Of a stretch of DNA of 64,000 nucleotides, positions 20,403 to 33,300 are shown piece after piece. The position numbers and the translations under genes were made by a program. Every line of letters starts with the position of its first letter. The first letter of the stretch is position 1. Source of the stretch: Scenedesmus sp. PABB004 (lineage: Eukaryota). The notes beneath the pieces were generated by a model. It saw nothing but the letters and a program-made list of their open reading frames with translations. It was not told where the DNA came from and did not search any database. The stretch is taken from NCBI GenBank assembly GCA_014905635.1, contig JABVCE010000008.1, positions 682,001 through 746,000 of the forward strand, read 5' to 3'.

Positions 20403-22932
20403 TCACAGCTCGTCCCGTGCAGCGCCAGCAGCAGGGGCCTCGGGCAGCCGCACGGCTGCGTGGCTGAGCAGCGCGCGCTCAATTTCGTCGGCCGTGCGAT
20501 CGTAGGGCGATCGCCGCGCCGAGTATGTGCGCAGCGCGCGGGACAGCCCGGCCGCGGCCGCCGCGTAGCTCGGCTGCCCGACGACCTGCCCAGGGCGGCG
20601 GCGCCGGGCGGCCCGCGCGCGGTCGGTCGGCGGCGGGCACCCGCAAGAGCTGGCCAGCGCCCCTGCGCCCTCGCACCTCGCGAATGGTGGCCGCCACGGC
20701 TGCGTGGTCGAAGCTCACGTTGCGCCCGCCGCGCAGCGTCGGCGCGTTGGGCAGCATCACCGCCGCGCCGCGGCGGACGAGCTTCAGCAGGTTCTCCGTC
20801 TGCGGCGGCCGCCGCAGAGGGAAAACACGCGCGTGAGACCGCGGGCCGCCCTGACAGGTCGCGCGTGCACGGCGCGGCTGACCACGGTCGCAGCGCCCTC
20901 GCGCCTGCTCAAACTGGAAGGGCATGCCCAGCAGCGGAACACCGTGGAACGCCGCCTCCAGCACCGAGTGCCAGCCGCCGTGAGAGACCGCCGCGACGAC
21001 ATTGGCGTGGCCGAGCACGTCCTGCGCGACGCGCGGTCGGCCGGCGGCGGAGGGCGCGCGTCGGCGCACGAAGCGCGCTCGTGGGCGCCGGGCCCGGCTG
21101 CTGCAAGCCAGCCAGCCGGCCGCACGTTGTAGTCTGCCCACTCCACGAGCATGGTGTTGGGCCCCAGGCGGGCGGTGAACTCGGCGAGCGACAGCCCGTC
21201 CGGCAGCGCCTTGGTCGGCTTGAAGGGCCACAACACGCGTGTCGGCGCGAGCAGCGCAAACGCCTGCGCGCGTTGGCGGCAGCGCGGTTGCGGCAGCGGC
21301 CGCGGCGGCCGCGGCGGCGCCGGCACGCGGGCGCGCCCCCGAGGCTGGCGGACCTCTGCCAGCTCCAGCATGTCGCGGGGCGAGAGGACCAGCTTGGCCT
21401 GCGGCGTCGTGCCGACCGCGACCAGCACGACCCCCGCGGGCGCGCCGCCGACAAACTCCGCCACCGCGGGCGGCGAGAGTGGGTGCGCCGCGCGCGGCGT
21501 GCCCGGGCCCACCACGACCTGCGCGCGGCAGGCAGGGGGGCGCCCGCCGCGAGGCTCGAGCGCGGCCCGCGCGGGTGCAGCGCGCGCGCGCGTGCGCGCG
21601 CAGGCGCCCACCTGGTTGGCAGCCAGCGGGCGCGGCCCCTCGAGCTCCAGGCTGGTCAGCAGGACCTGCACGACTGGCGCGCAGCGAGCGCGCGGCCGCC
21701 CCAGCGCCGCGGCGAGCGCGTTGACGGGCGGCAGCACGCTCGCCACACGCGGCAGGCCCAGCTGCGCGCGCAGCGGCGCCCAACGGTCGAGCCCGCCGAG
21801 CTCGCCCAGCGCCGGCAGCACCCAGTTGAGCATGAGGTATGGCGGCAGGTTGCGCGCGAGGCCGCGCAGCGTGCGCACGTCCTCGGGGCTCGTGCCGCTC
21901 GTCATCTGCCGCGCGGCCGCGGCGCGGGCGCGCTGTCGCGGGGTCGCGGCGGCGCGGGACGCGCGGCGGCGCGGGGCGCGCGGCGGCGCGGGGCGCGCGG
22001 CGGCGCGGGGCGCGCGGCGGCGCGCGCGGCGGCGCGCGGGCGCTGAGCGCGGTGGCAGTCGCTCGCCTGCGGCGCGCTGAGCGGCAGCCCGAAGACCGCC
22101 GGCGATCCGTAGACGTCGAACAAAGGCACGCCGAGCGCGTGGGCGAGCAGGCAGGGGCAGCTGTCCGACAGCGGCGACGGCATCGCGATGCCCGCCAGCG
22201 CGTGCGCGCGGATGCCCCGCAGCGCCTGCGCGGACGCGGACGCGGACGCGGATGCGGCGGCAGGCGCGCAGCCTCGGCAGGGGGAGGGGACACAGAGGTG
22301 GCGCCTCCGAGCCTGCGGCAGCCCCACGTGCCGTCATGAGCGTCGCGTTCCGGAGCAGCATCTCGCACGGCGCCACGAACGCCTTTTGCAGCGTGAAGAG
22401 AAGCTTCAATCCAGCGACGCTGCGCTTGCCGAGCGACTTGAGCGCGGCGCCGCTGACGCTGGCGACGACGTCGTCCACGCCCGGCGCCGCCACGTGCAGC
22501 ATGCGCAGCGCCTCCGCGGTGGTGTTGCTCGTGTGCCGCGCGGCCGCGAGGCGCGCGAAGCTCTCCGACTCTGCGGGTCGTGGTGTCAGCCGTGAGGCGC
22601 GCGGGCGGCGCGTGGCAGGCGCGTGGCGGGCGCGCGGGCGGCGTGCTGTGCGCGGGCGCCGCGCGCACACACACACCCGTGACGACCGTAATGTCGTGAC
22701 CCCGCGCCGCCAGGTGCGCGGCGACGGCCATGAGATCGAGGACCGGGGAATTTTCAGCAGGACTGGCGATCACAATGACCCGCAGCGCCTCGCCGGCAGC
22801 GCCGCCGCTGCCCGCGGCTGCCGCTCGCAGCGCCTCGCCGGCAGCGGCGCCGCTGCCCGCGGCTGCCGCTCGCGCGGCGACGAGCAGCAGCGCCGCCGTG
22901 GCCAGCAGCGTGGCGCTCGGTCTCCACGACAT
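20403..22932 (-). CDS. GT1-family UDP-glycosyltransferase with signal peptide and C-terminal RDEL; multi-exon
   Basis: N-terminal hydrophobic MSWRPSATLLATAALLLVAARA and LAARGHDITVVT. UGT signature WADYN/DVLGHANVVAAVSHGGWHSVLEAAFHGVPLLGMPFQFEQ. The last exon reads ...EIERALLSHAAVRLPEAPAAGAARDEL*. Confidence 0.88.
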
Positions 22933-23289
22933 ATGTAACGGCCAGGGTCGGGGCGAGCTGCGCGCGGCGGATGGTGCGGCTGCGCGGAAGCTCGCGTGAC
23001 CAATCGTCAACGATGCCCTCCGACACCCGAGCTGCGCGCCTGTGCGCTATCGCCGCGCGTGCGGCCGGCTCCCCGCGTCTTGCCGCACCGTCGCGATGAT
23101 TGAACCCTGCTCCTGCGCGTGGCGGCCGGCTCTCCGCCCGCCGCCGCTGCCGCTGCTGCGCTCGTAGTCTGGCCAAGCACTTGAGAACTGGGAGCTGCGC
23201 CCTGCCGGTGTTGCGACGACGACAGCAGCGCTCTTAGCGGTTTTTTCTCGCGAGAACCAGGGGCCCCGAGCACGGCACTGCGCCGTGTG

Positions 23290-24412
23290 TTACGACAACG
23301 ACGACGGCCGCACGCGCGCCTTCTCGGCGTCCAGTATCGCGCACAGCTGCGCGACGCACTCCTCCAGCCGGCCCTCGCGGTTGACCACGACGTAGTCAAA
23401 CTCGGAGATGCACCGCGTCTCCTGACTGCGCGCGCGGCGGCGGCCGAGGCGTCGCGCGGGCCCGGGCTCGCGCGCCCGGTCGTGCAGCCCCGCCGCCGCC
23501 GCCGCCCGCGCCGCCGCCGCCGCCGCCGCCGCACCGTGCGGTCGCCACGCGCGTGCGCATTGTGTCGAGCGGCTCGGTCTTGCGGCTCACGAGGCGCCGC
23601 ACGAGCGCGGCCTCGCTCTCGGCGACGATGAAAACGCTCACCACGCCCGGCAGCAGCCGCCGCACCGTCGCGGCGCCCTGCGCGCCGCGCGCGCCGGCGT
23701 CGGCGCGGGCGCGGGCGCCGCCGCCGCGCGCGCGCACTGCACGCGGCGTGCGCCGCGCCTGCACGTCGATGCGCAGCACCACGTCCACGCCGCGGCGCAG
23801 CGCGTCGTCGACCTGCGACCGGGGGATTCCCTTGTAGTCGCCGTACACCACCGCGTGCTCCAGCAGCGCCTCGGCCGCGATCCAGGCCTCAAACGCAGGG
23901 CGCGACACAAAGAAGTAGTCCACGCCCTCGACCTCGCCCGGGCGCATCGCGCTGCGCGGCGCGGCGCGGCGGGCGTCGGCGCGGCCGCGCAGCGGCGTCG
24001 GGGGCGGGCGCAGGTGCGCTGCGCGGCCGCGCGGGCGGCGGGGCGGGCGGCGGGCGGCGCACCGCGAGGTCGCGGTCACGACGGTGTGCAGCTCGGGGCG
24101 GCGCTCCTGCAGGCGCTTGAGCACCGCGTCCTTGCCGACGCCGCTGGGGCCGCTGATGACGACCACGCGCGGCGCCGGCGCCGGCACCTGGCGCGGCGCG
24201 CGGCGCAGCGTCGGCCACGGGCGGCGGCGGCGGCGGCGGCGGCGGCGGGGCGCACGGCCGTGCGGGCGCGTGCGGCTGCGCGTGCGGGCGCCGCACCATT
24301 GGCTGCTGGCTGAGCGGGCCGAGCTCCACCTCCAGCAGCTTCAGCGTCTCGGCCACGCCCGCGTCGGGCGGCGCCTGCTGCTGCTGCTGCTGCTGCTGCT
24401 GCGGCTGCTGCG

Positions 24413-24448
<36 letters not shown>

Positions 24449-24608
24449 CCTGCGGCAGCGCCTGCTGCTGCCCCGGCCCCGACGACGCGGTGGCCGCGCA
24501 GCGAGCGCCGCACGCCCGCCGCGCCGGCGCGGCGTGCGAGCTCAGCAGCCCGTCCAGGCCGCGGCGCGCGACCGCCACCCGCGCCAGGCGGCCACCGCTG
24601 GCCAGCAT
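23290..24608 (-). CDS. Guanylate kinase, organellar type (transit peptide plus polyQ), multi-exon
   Basis: Contains P-loop VISGPSGVGKD, VTATSRAMRPGEVEGVDYFFVS, VYGDYKG, RIDVQGA and FDYVVVN. Confidence 0.93.
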
Positions 24609-25017
24609 GGCCGCCGCGTGGTGGCCGACAACGGCCGCGCCGCTGCTGTCAGCTCGGTGGCGGCGAGCGCTGGAAGCTGGGGTCGCGCAAGCGTGGTATG
24701 TGTGAGACTGGCGCTGATTCCGACGGCCTGGGCGCGACGCCGCCCAGCCCAGTTCAGGGCGGCGCCGCGGCGGCGGGCAAAGGGCTTTGCCGCCGCGCCG
24801 GTCGTAACAAGGACGCCCTCGCGCGGTCCAGAGCTGCGCAAGCGCTTGGACGGCGCCACAGCCAGCCTCCCAGGCGCCGCGCGATCGCCCACGCACACGC
24901 GGTGAGGCAGGGGGCGCCATCAGCAGCAGGGCGGCCTGGGCACCACCCAGGCGCTCGATCGCCGACGTCGACGGACTCGACGACCAGGACCTTGTTTAAC
25001 CACAAGCTCACGGGGCA

Positions 25018-28000
25018 ATGGGCAGCGAACGCGGGTGAGCGGGAGCCGCAGCAGCAGCGCGCGCCGGCGGCCGCGTCGCAGCGCTGCGCCCACCGCCGCC
25101 GCACGCCGCCGTCCGGCGCAGGGATGACGGCCGGCGTGGCAGCCGCAGCCGCAGCCGCTCGCGAGGCAGGCGGGCCCGCGACGAGCCGGCAAGGCGCGGA
25201 GACCGCTCGCACAGCGGCGAGCGCCGCGCCAGAAGCACGGAGGCGGCGCGCGGCGGCAGCCGGGAGCGGCCCGCCGGCAAGGACGCGCCGCGTGCCAGCA
25301 GCCGGGAGCGCCGCCGCAGCCGCAGCAGGGAGGCGGCGCGCGCGAGCAGCCGGGAGCGCCGCGCCAGCAAGGAGCGGCAGCGTGCCCGCAGCCGCGAGCG
25401 CCGCCGCAGCCGCAGCAGGGAGCCCGCGATGCTGGCAGCGCCCGGCGGCAGCCGGGAGCGCCGCGCGAGCAAGGAGCGGCCGCGCGGCAGCAGCCGGGAG
25501 CGCCGCCGCAGCCGCAGCAGGGAGCGCGAGCGCCGGGGCAGCCGCGAGCGGCGGCGCAGCGGCAGCCGGGAGCGCCGCCGCAGCAGCCGCGAGCGCCAGC
25601 GCCGCAGCCGCTCGCCCTCGGAGCGCGGCAAGCGCAGCAGGTGGGCAGGGCACGCCCCCTGGGTTGCGCGGCGGGCCTGCGCCCGCTGGCGCAGCGCTGC
25701 GCTCACGCCGCGCGCGCCCGCAGGGAGCCCGAGCGCGCCGCGGACCGGGAGTGGGGCAGGGAGCGCAGCCGCGAGCGCGAGCGCAGCCCCCGGGCGGGCA
25801 GGGCGGCCGCGAGCACAAGCGCACCCGCTGGGAGCCGCCGGCCGGGCAGCAGCTGCCGCCGCCGCCGGGCATGAGCTTCCCGGGGCCGCCCGGCAGCAGC
25901 CACGCGCCGCCCCGCGGCGGTGGCCCGCCCGGCGGCTTCGGCCCGCCCGGCGGCTTTGGCCCGCCCGGCGGCGGCGGCTTCGGCCCGCCCGGCGGCGGCG
26001 GCTTCGGCCCGCCCGGCGGCGGCGGCTTCGGCCCGCCCGGCGGCGGCGGCGGCTTCGGGCGCCTGCCGGGTGAGCGGCGGGCGCAGCGTGTGCACGTGCA
26101 CGCTCTGTTGGGCGCCTGCCCGCCCGCCCTGCGCCCCCGCCCGGCTCACCCTCCGCGCCCCGCCTGACAGGCCCGCCCCTGAGCGAGGACCCGCCGCCGT
26201 TGGGGTCGATCCACCGCGGCAGCGTGCAGGGCATCAAGCCCTTTGGCGTGTTTGTCGCCATCGAGGGCTTCCGTCGCCACGTGCTCGTGCACCACACGCA
26301 GGCGCGCGCACACGCAGCGCGCCGCTGCGCCGCGACCCGGCGGCGGCCTGCCCGTGCGGCGCGGGCTGCGCCGTGCTGACCGCCGTCCGTGGCCCGCGGC
26401 CGCGCGGGGCGCGCAGGTGTCTGAGCAGGTCGTGCTCACGCGGGGTGATGAGGACGAGCTCAAGCTCAAGGCGCTCGAGTACGTGGCCGCGCCGGGGCAG
26501 CGCGTGTTCGTAAAGGTGCGCGCACCGCGCCGCACCGCACCGCCCCGCACCCGGCGCACCCGGCACACCCGGCCCGGCGGCGGCCGTGCGCGCTCCCTGG
26601 CGCGAGCCGCTGACGCGCGCACGCCACGCCGCCCTTTCACTCCACCCCCCCCCCTCCCTCCCTCCCGGGCGTCGCCGCCAGATCCTGGAGGTCTCGCCCG
26701 ACCCGAGCGGCGGGCCGGGGCCCGGGTACCGCGTGCACGGCAGCATGCGCGTGGTCGACCAGGAGAGCGGCGCAGACCTGGACCCCTCCGGCGCGCTCGC
26801 GGCGGCGCGCGGCCCGGGTGCGCGCGCGCGCGCGCGCCGCCGCCGCCGGGCGCGCAGCGCCGCGCGCGCCCCGCCCCGCACGCCAGCCCAGCCCAGCCCT
26901 GCCGACCCGCCCGCCTGTGTGTGTGCGTGCGCGCAGGCGGCGGCGGCGGCGGCGGGCCGCTGTCGGACGGGGCGCCCGAGGTCGGCAGCATCCACCGCGG
27001 CGAGGTGAAGCGCATCGAGGCGTACGGCGTGTTTGTCGCGCTGCCGGGCTTCCGCAAGCACGGCCTCGTGCACGCGAGCCAGGCACGACGCGCGCGCGCG
27101 GGGCGCGGCGGGCGCCGCTGCAGCGTGCTCCGCCGCCGCCGCCCGCCGCCTCCCGCCGCCGCCGCCTCCCGCCGCCGCCCGCCGCCGCCGCATCCCGCCG
27201 ACGCCTCGTGCCGCCGCCGCCCGCCGTCGCGCCGCGCTGACCGCGCGTCGCCTGCGCCTGCCGCCGGCCGCCTGCAAGGTCGCCAACTATCTCGAGTTTT
27301 CGGCCGAGGACGGCGACGCGGAGCGGCGCAAGGCGCTGTCCGAGGTGGTGGACCTGGGGCAGGAGGTGTGGGTCAAGGTGGTGGAGGTCGGCGAGGACGA
27401 GCGCGGGCGTGGGCCCAAGATCGGCTGCTCAATGAAGCTCGTCGACCAGGGCGACGGCGCTGACCTCGACCCCCAGGCGCGCGCGGCCCCGCTGCGCCGC
27501 GGCCGCGCAGCCCCGCGCGCCGCAGCAGCCCGCGCGGCCAGCGCCGACCGGCCCCGCGCGCCCGGCCCACGCCCCGCGCGCAGAACCTGCGCTACCGCCC
27601 GCGCGGCGACCCGGGCGGCGGCGGCTTTGGCGGGCGCGGCGCGCCGATCGGCGCGGGCGCGGGCGAGGTGCGCGGCGGCGCGGTGGACTGGGGCTACCTC
27701 GCCACGCGCCCGGGCGCGTTTGGCGGCGCCGGTTACGAGCTGCTCAAAGAGGAGTACCCCGGCCCGCCGCCGGGGCCGCCGCCGGCCGGCCACGGCGCGC
27801 CGCCAGGCGGGGGGCTGCCGCCGCCGCCGCAGCTGCCGCCCGTCGGGCGCGGCCGCGGCGCGGTCGTGCCTGCGTGGATGACGCAGGGCGGCGCCGCGGC
27901 GCCCGGCTCCGCGCCGCACCCCGACGCGCCCGGCGGCGGCGGCGGCGGCGGCGCGCCGCTGACGGTGGAGGAGGCGCTGCGCATCGTGCAGGCGGCGGCG

Positions 28001-28201
28001 GCGGGCAAGGAGCGCGGCAGGAAGGAGAGCAAGAACGACAAGCACCACAAGAAGGAGAAGAAGCGCAGCCACAAGCACAAGAGCGGCAGCGCCAAGCACA
28101 AGCGCAGCAGCCGGCGGCGCTCGCGCTCACGCTCGCGCTCGCGCGGCGGCAGCAGCGACAGCAGCGGCAGCAGCGGCAGCGCCGGTGGGCGGCGGCGCTG
28201 A
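25018..28201 (+). CDS. RS-rich RNA-binding protein with two S1 domains (ZCCHC17/pNO40-like), multi-exon
   Basis: An RS/RE-rich N-terminus and (GGFGPPG)n are followed by S1 #1 GSIHRGSVQGIKPFGVFVAIEGFRRHVLVHHTQ/VSE and S1 #2 GSIHRGEVKRIEAYGVFVALPGFRKHGLVHASQ/VANY...IGCSMKLVDQGDGADLDP. The tail is basic (K/H/RS). Confidence 0.82.
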
Positions 28202-28456
28202 CACGGGCGCGGCAAGCGGGGAGGCGCGCGCGTGACGCGCGTGGCGCGCGACGTGTGACGCTCGTGTGCTCGTTCGTGCCCCTGGCTCCCGCGCTTTCCT
28301 GTGCCACTGTTCCCACCCGTCGGTGACCTCACGGCCACAGGCGCGCGGCCGACGCCGAGCGCACAGCAGCGGCGGCGGCAGCAGCGGCGGCAGCAGCGGC
28401 AGCGTCCAGCGGCCCGCAGCGCGCTCGCGCCTGTCCCAGCCGAACCAGTGCTCGCC

Positions 28457-29312
28457 ATGGCGCCAATGGCGCTGCGCAGCAGCCGAGCGCCTGCGGCGGC
28501 CGCCGCCCGGCAGCAGCGCCCGCGGCGGCCGGCAATCGCGGCCGCCGCGGCCGTTCCGCGCCCGGCGCTGGGCGCTCGCGCGGCGCTGACAGCGCTCCAC
28601 AGCGCCGTGCAGCGCGGCGCGGGCCGCGGCGGCAGCGGCGGCGGCAGCGGCGTGTCGTGCCGCGCGCAGGCGCCGGAGCAGGCCGAGGAGCTCGCGCCGG
28701 CGCCGGCGCCGGCGCTGGTCGGCGAGGACGCGGCGTCCTTCGACCTGGGGGCGCAGAGCCTGCGGTCGTGGGGCATCTTCAGCGTGCTGCTGACCAGCGT
28801 GATGGCCGCGCTCTACTGGCTGTGGATCCGGCCCGGCGGCGGGCTGGCGGAGGACTACGTGGCGCTGCTGGAGGGCTGGACCAACGCCAACCCTGAGGCC
28901 ACCATTCTCGCCATCCTCGCCGTGTTTGCCGTCTTCCACAGCGGCCTCGCGGGCCTGCGCCCCAAGGGTGCGCGCCGCGCCGCGCCGCGCCGCGCCGCGC
29001 AGCTCCCCGCCCCCGCCGCGCTCCCGCGCTCCTCCTCCCCACGCCGCCGCGCCCCGCACGCCCGCGCGTCGTCAGGCGAGGCGCTGATCGGCGCGCGCGC
29101 GTACCGCGTGATCTTTGCGCTCGGCAGCCTGCCGCTCGCGGTCGTGGCGATCGTGTACTTCATCAACCACCGCTACGATGGCACCGCGCTCTGGGACGTG
29201 CGCGGCGTGCCGGGCGTGCACGAGGCGGTGCGCGCCGCGCCACGCGCGCGCCGCGCGGCCAGCACCTCGCCGGGCGCCGCTCACTCAAACTGCCGCTCTC
29301 TCTCTCTCCCTC

Positions 29313-29364
<52 letters not shown>

Positions 29365-30017
29365 CCCTCTCTCTCTCGCTCCCTCTCTCTCTGTCTCTCT
29401 CATTCTCATTTACATCCATACATCCTCCTGCCTGCCAGGTGTGGGTGCTGAACTTCATATCCTTCTACTTCCTCTACCCCTCGACCTTCAACATCCTGGA
29501 AGTCGCCGCGGTGGACAAGCCCAAGCTGCACCTCTGGGAGACCGGCATCACGCGCATCACGCGCCACCCGCAGGCGGTCGGGCAGGCGATCTGGTGCCTC
29601 GCGCACACGGTCTGGGTGGGCTCGACCGTCATGCTCGCCGCGAGCGCGGGGCTGATGGCGCACCACGTGTTTGGCTGCTGGCACGGCGACCGCCGGCTCA
29701 AGGACAAGTACGGCGACGCGTTTGAGCAGGTGCGGCGCGCACTCGAGGCCCGGCCTGGCTGGCTGGCTGCTGGCCGCCGCCCGCCCGCCGCGCGCCGGCG
29801 GGGGGCGACGGAAAAACCCCGCCCCCTCCTGCGCCAGGTCAAGGCGCGCACGAGCGTCGTGCCGTTTGCGGCGATCCTCGACGGCCGCCAGGTGCTGCCG
29901 CCGGACTACTACAAGGAGTTTCTGCGCGCCCCCTACCTCGCGGTCACCGCCTTCACGCTCGGCGCGTACTTTGCGCACCCGCTCATGCAGCGCGCCGCGT
30001 ACGCGCTGCACTGGTAG
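28457..30017 (+). CDS. Z-ISO: 15-cis-zeta-carotene isomerase (NnrU family), plastid, multi-exon
   Basis: Contains LVGEDAASFDL, FAVFHSGLAGLR, YFINHRYDG, FLYPSTFNILEVAAVDKPKLHLWETGITRITRHPQAVGQ, HHVFGCWHGDRRL and RTSVVPFAAILDGRQ. Confidence 0.96.
29297..29400. repeat. (CT)n microsatellite/polypyrimidine tract in a Z-ISO intron
   Basis: Long CT dinucleotide run interrupted by a poly-C stretch. Confidence 0.95.
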
Positions 30018-30348
30018 CGGGCGCGGCGCGGGTCTGGGCGGAAGTGTCGCTGTTGGGGTGTGCTCTCGGCAGGGAAAATGTGGGCAGAAAAGACGCTGCG
30101 GCCTGCCGCCGCCGCGGCGCGCCGCGCGCCGTCGAACGAACAGGCGCCCCGCCGACAGGTGCCGGCTTTCCGCCGCGCGCGCAGCCTTCGCGTTCACTCT
30201 GCGCGCCCAGCTCGCGGCCCAGCTCCGCGCCCCGCCGCCACTCCCCGCGCCGCTGAAGCAGCAACCGTTGTTGGCGCGGCGCCGCCGCGTCCGCCGGCGT
30301 CCGCCGCCGTTCCCCAGCCCGCGCCGTACACCGCCGCGAATCGCTGCC

Positions 30349-33300
30349 ATGGCGGAGACGGGGGCGCGGGAACCGCCCGACGACGAGGAGGGCCTGGACC
30401 TGGAGCTGTGCGACGGCCGGCTCTCGGCCATCATGCCGCGGTGCGCGGGCCCGCCGCCGCCCGGGCCGCACCGCCCCGCGGTGCACGCCCGACGCCCCGG
30501 CCGCAGCGCCGCTGAGCCGCCGCTCGCGGGCACGCCGCGCGCCGCTCTCGCGGGCGTGCCGCGCGCAGCAAGCTGTTCCAGGACGACGCGGCGGTGCGGA
30601 GCGGCCTGCTGCAGGTGTTTGTGCGCATGAAGCCCGTGCCGGTGGGCGTGGAGACGTGCATGAGCCTGGACCACGCGGCGCTGCTCAAGGCGACCTGGTG
30701 CGCCCGCGCGCGCGCCGGCGGCGGCGTGGTGCCCAGAACGCGCGCGTCGGGCGGCGACCGCAGCTCGTCCGCGCCGCTGCCGCGCGCAGGCGCAACAAGG
30801 AGGCGGTGTACAAGTTCAGCCGCGTGTTCCAGCAGGACGCGGGGCAGGGCGACGTCTACGCCGGCACGACCGCCGCGTTGGTGCGCGCGCAGCGCCCGCG
30901 GCTGGCGCACGCGCGCGCGCGCGCGGCAGCGGCAGCGCCGGCGGCCCCGGCCCACGCGCCGCGCCGCAGGTAGAGGACTTTCTGGGCTTCCGGCAGCCCT
31001 CCGCGGTCGTCATGGCGTACGGCGTGACGAGCGCGGGCAAGACGTTCACGATGCAGGCGCGCTGGCCCGCCGCGGCGCGCGCAGCCGCGCGGCGCCGCCC
31101 CTGCAGGCCGGCGGCGCCTAACCGCCGTGGCCGCGCGCACAGGGCTCCGCCGACCAGCCCGGGCTGGTGCCGCTGGCGCTCAAAGACATCTTTGCGGTGC
31201 GGGGGCGATGGAGGGGGGGCGGGGGGGGGGGGGGTGGCCAGCGGCGGCGGCGGCGGCCAGCGGCAGCCAGCTGGCCAGCGACCAGCAGCGGTGCGCCCAC
31301 ACATGCGCGCGCATCACCGCCCGTCCGCAGGGCCTGCGCGACGCGAGCGCGAACCGCATCACGCTGTCGGTGTGCGAGGTGCGCGCCGGCGGCGGCCGCG
31401 GCCGCGCCCTGGCGCGCCCCCGCGCGTGCGGCTCTGAGCCGTGCCGCGCCGCACGTGTCGCGCGCCCAGATCTACAACGAGGCAATCCACGACCTCCTGG
31501 CGCCCGCGGCGGCGCAGCGCGGCGGCGGGCCGGCCCGCCCCGCAGCGCTGCGGCTGAAGGAGGAGAAGGGCGGCGGCATCGTCGTGCAGGTGCGCGGCGG
31601 GGGCGGGGCGTGGCCCCATCACGTTCTCACGCGCACGGGCGGCGAGCCCGCACGCGGGCTGCCACGGCGGCGCCCCGCCCATGTGGTGACACCGCCCTGC
31701 ACACACCCCGCGCGCGCCCAGGGCATGTCGGAGGCGACCGTGCGCTCGGCGCGCGACGCGCTCGAGCTGCTGCGCCGCGCGGCGCGTGCGCGCCAGTCGG
31801 CCGGCACGGCCGTGAACGAGCGCTCGAGCCGCAGCCACGCCGTGATCACGGTCAGGCTGGCCGAGCCCGGCGCCGCCGCCGGCGATGGCGACGCGACCGC
31901 GGCGGTGGTGAGCGCGCGCCACACGGCGCCGCGGCGTGGGGGCCTCCGCCGCGGCCGTGCGCAGCTGAGGGAGCGGCTGCGCCCGCTCGCGTCGCCGCCG
32001 CCGCAGGCCGCGCCGCGGCAGGCGCTGCTCCACTTTGTCGACCTGGCGGGCTGCGAGCGCGTCAAGCGCACCGGCAACTCGGGCGCGCGGCTGCGGTGTG
32101 CGCGCCGCCGCCCGGGCGCCGCGCGGCTGTCCGCCGCTGCCTGGTCGACCGCCGCCGCCTGACTGACCGCCGCCGCCGCCGCCGGTGCGGGCAGGGAGAG
32201 CGTGGCCATCAACAGCAGCCTCATGACGCTCGCGCGCTGCCTCGAGGTCCTGCGCTTCAACCAGCAGCACCCGGGCGAGGCCAAGGTCATCCCCTACCGC
32301 GAGAGCAAGGCGCGCGCGCAGGCGCCAGGCCTGGCGCTCGCGCTGGTGCTAGGAGCTAGCTCTGGGGCTGGGCGCTGCAGCCGGCGAGGGCAGGCGCGTG
32401 CTCGGCGGCGCGCCGACGCCGCGCACCGACCGCGCGCCCGCAGATCACGCACCTGTTCAAGGGCGTGCTGCAGGGCCAGGGGCGGTTCGTGATGCTCGTC
32501 AACGTCAGCCCCGCGGCCGAGGCGTTCAACGAGACCAAGCGCGTCCTGCAGGCGCGCGGCCGCGCCGCGCCGCGCGTGGCCGGTGCCGGCCGCCAGCACG
32601 CGCGCGCGCGGTCGCCGCGGCCCCGCGAGACGCCCCTGACCCCGGCCGCGGCGCGCCGTGGCGCAGTACGCCGCGCTGGCGAGCAAGGTCACGATGACCA
32701 GTGAGATCGAGCACGCCGTCGCGGGCGACGCCTGGCACCACGCCGCGCCCGGCGCGCCGCGCGCCGACGGCGCCGGCGCCGCGGCGGCGGCGCCGGACGC
32801 CGCCGCCGCGGCCGCGTCGGCCGCCGCGCTCGCGGCCGCGCAGGTGCGCCGCGCAGCTCGGCCACGCTCGCGCACCACACCCGCCCACCGCTCCTCACGC
32901 CGCCACGCCGCCGCCGTCCTCTCTTGCCGCCACCAGGCACGCATTGAGGAGCTGCTGGACGACAAGGCCGACCTGGAGTATGAGATTGACGTGGTGGAGC
33001 GCAAGGTGGAGCTGCTGCGCGAGGAGGTGCGCCGCCGAACGCGCTAGCAGCGGCGGCTCCGTGCGTCGCGCCGCGCCGCGTGAGCGCGGCCCGCGGCGCC
33101 ACCGCGTGAGCGCCGCCGCCGCGTCCCGTCGCGCCGCCGCCGCCGCCGCCGCCGCAGCTGATCAAGGCGGAGCTGGAGAAGGAGGCGCAGGAGGCGGACA
33201 TACGCGCGGAGGTGGCGGCCGAGTGGGGCGCGCTGCTCGAGGAGGCGGCGGCGCGCGAGCGCGCCAAGGCGGGCAGGGCCGAGGAGGACGCGGCCGCGTG

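Noticed and set aside
22781..22873. 45-nt tandem duplication in the UGT N-terminus (AAAAGSGxAAGEALR x2)
   Set aside because: It is real but is a simple in-frame linker duplication after the signal peptide, with no sign of functional novelty.
15831..30017. Carotenoid gene cluster (phytoene-dehydrogenase-like gene, UGT, Z-ISO)
   Set aside because: The oxidoreductase is PYROXD2-like with a mitochondrial-type leader, the UGT is ER-type, and unrelated genes intervene. Nothing indicates a pathway cluster.
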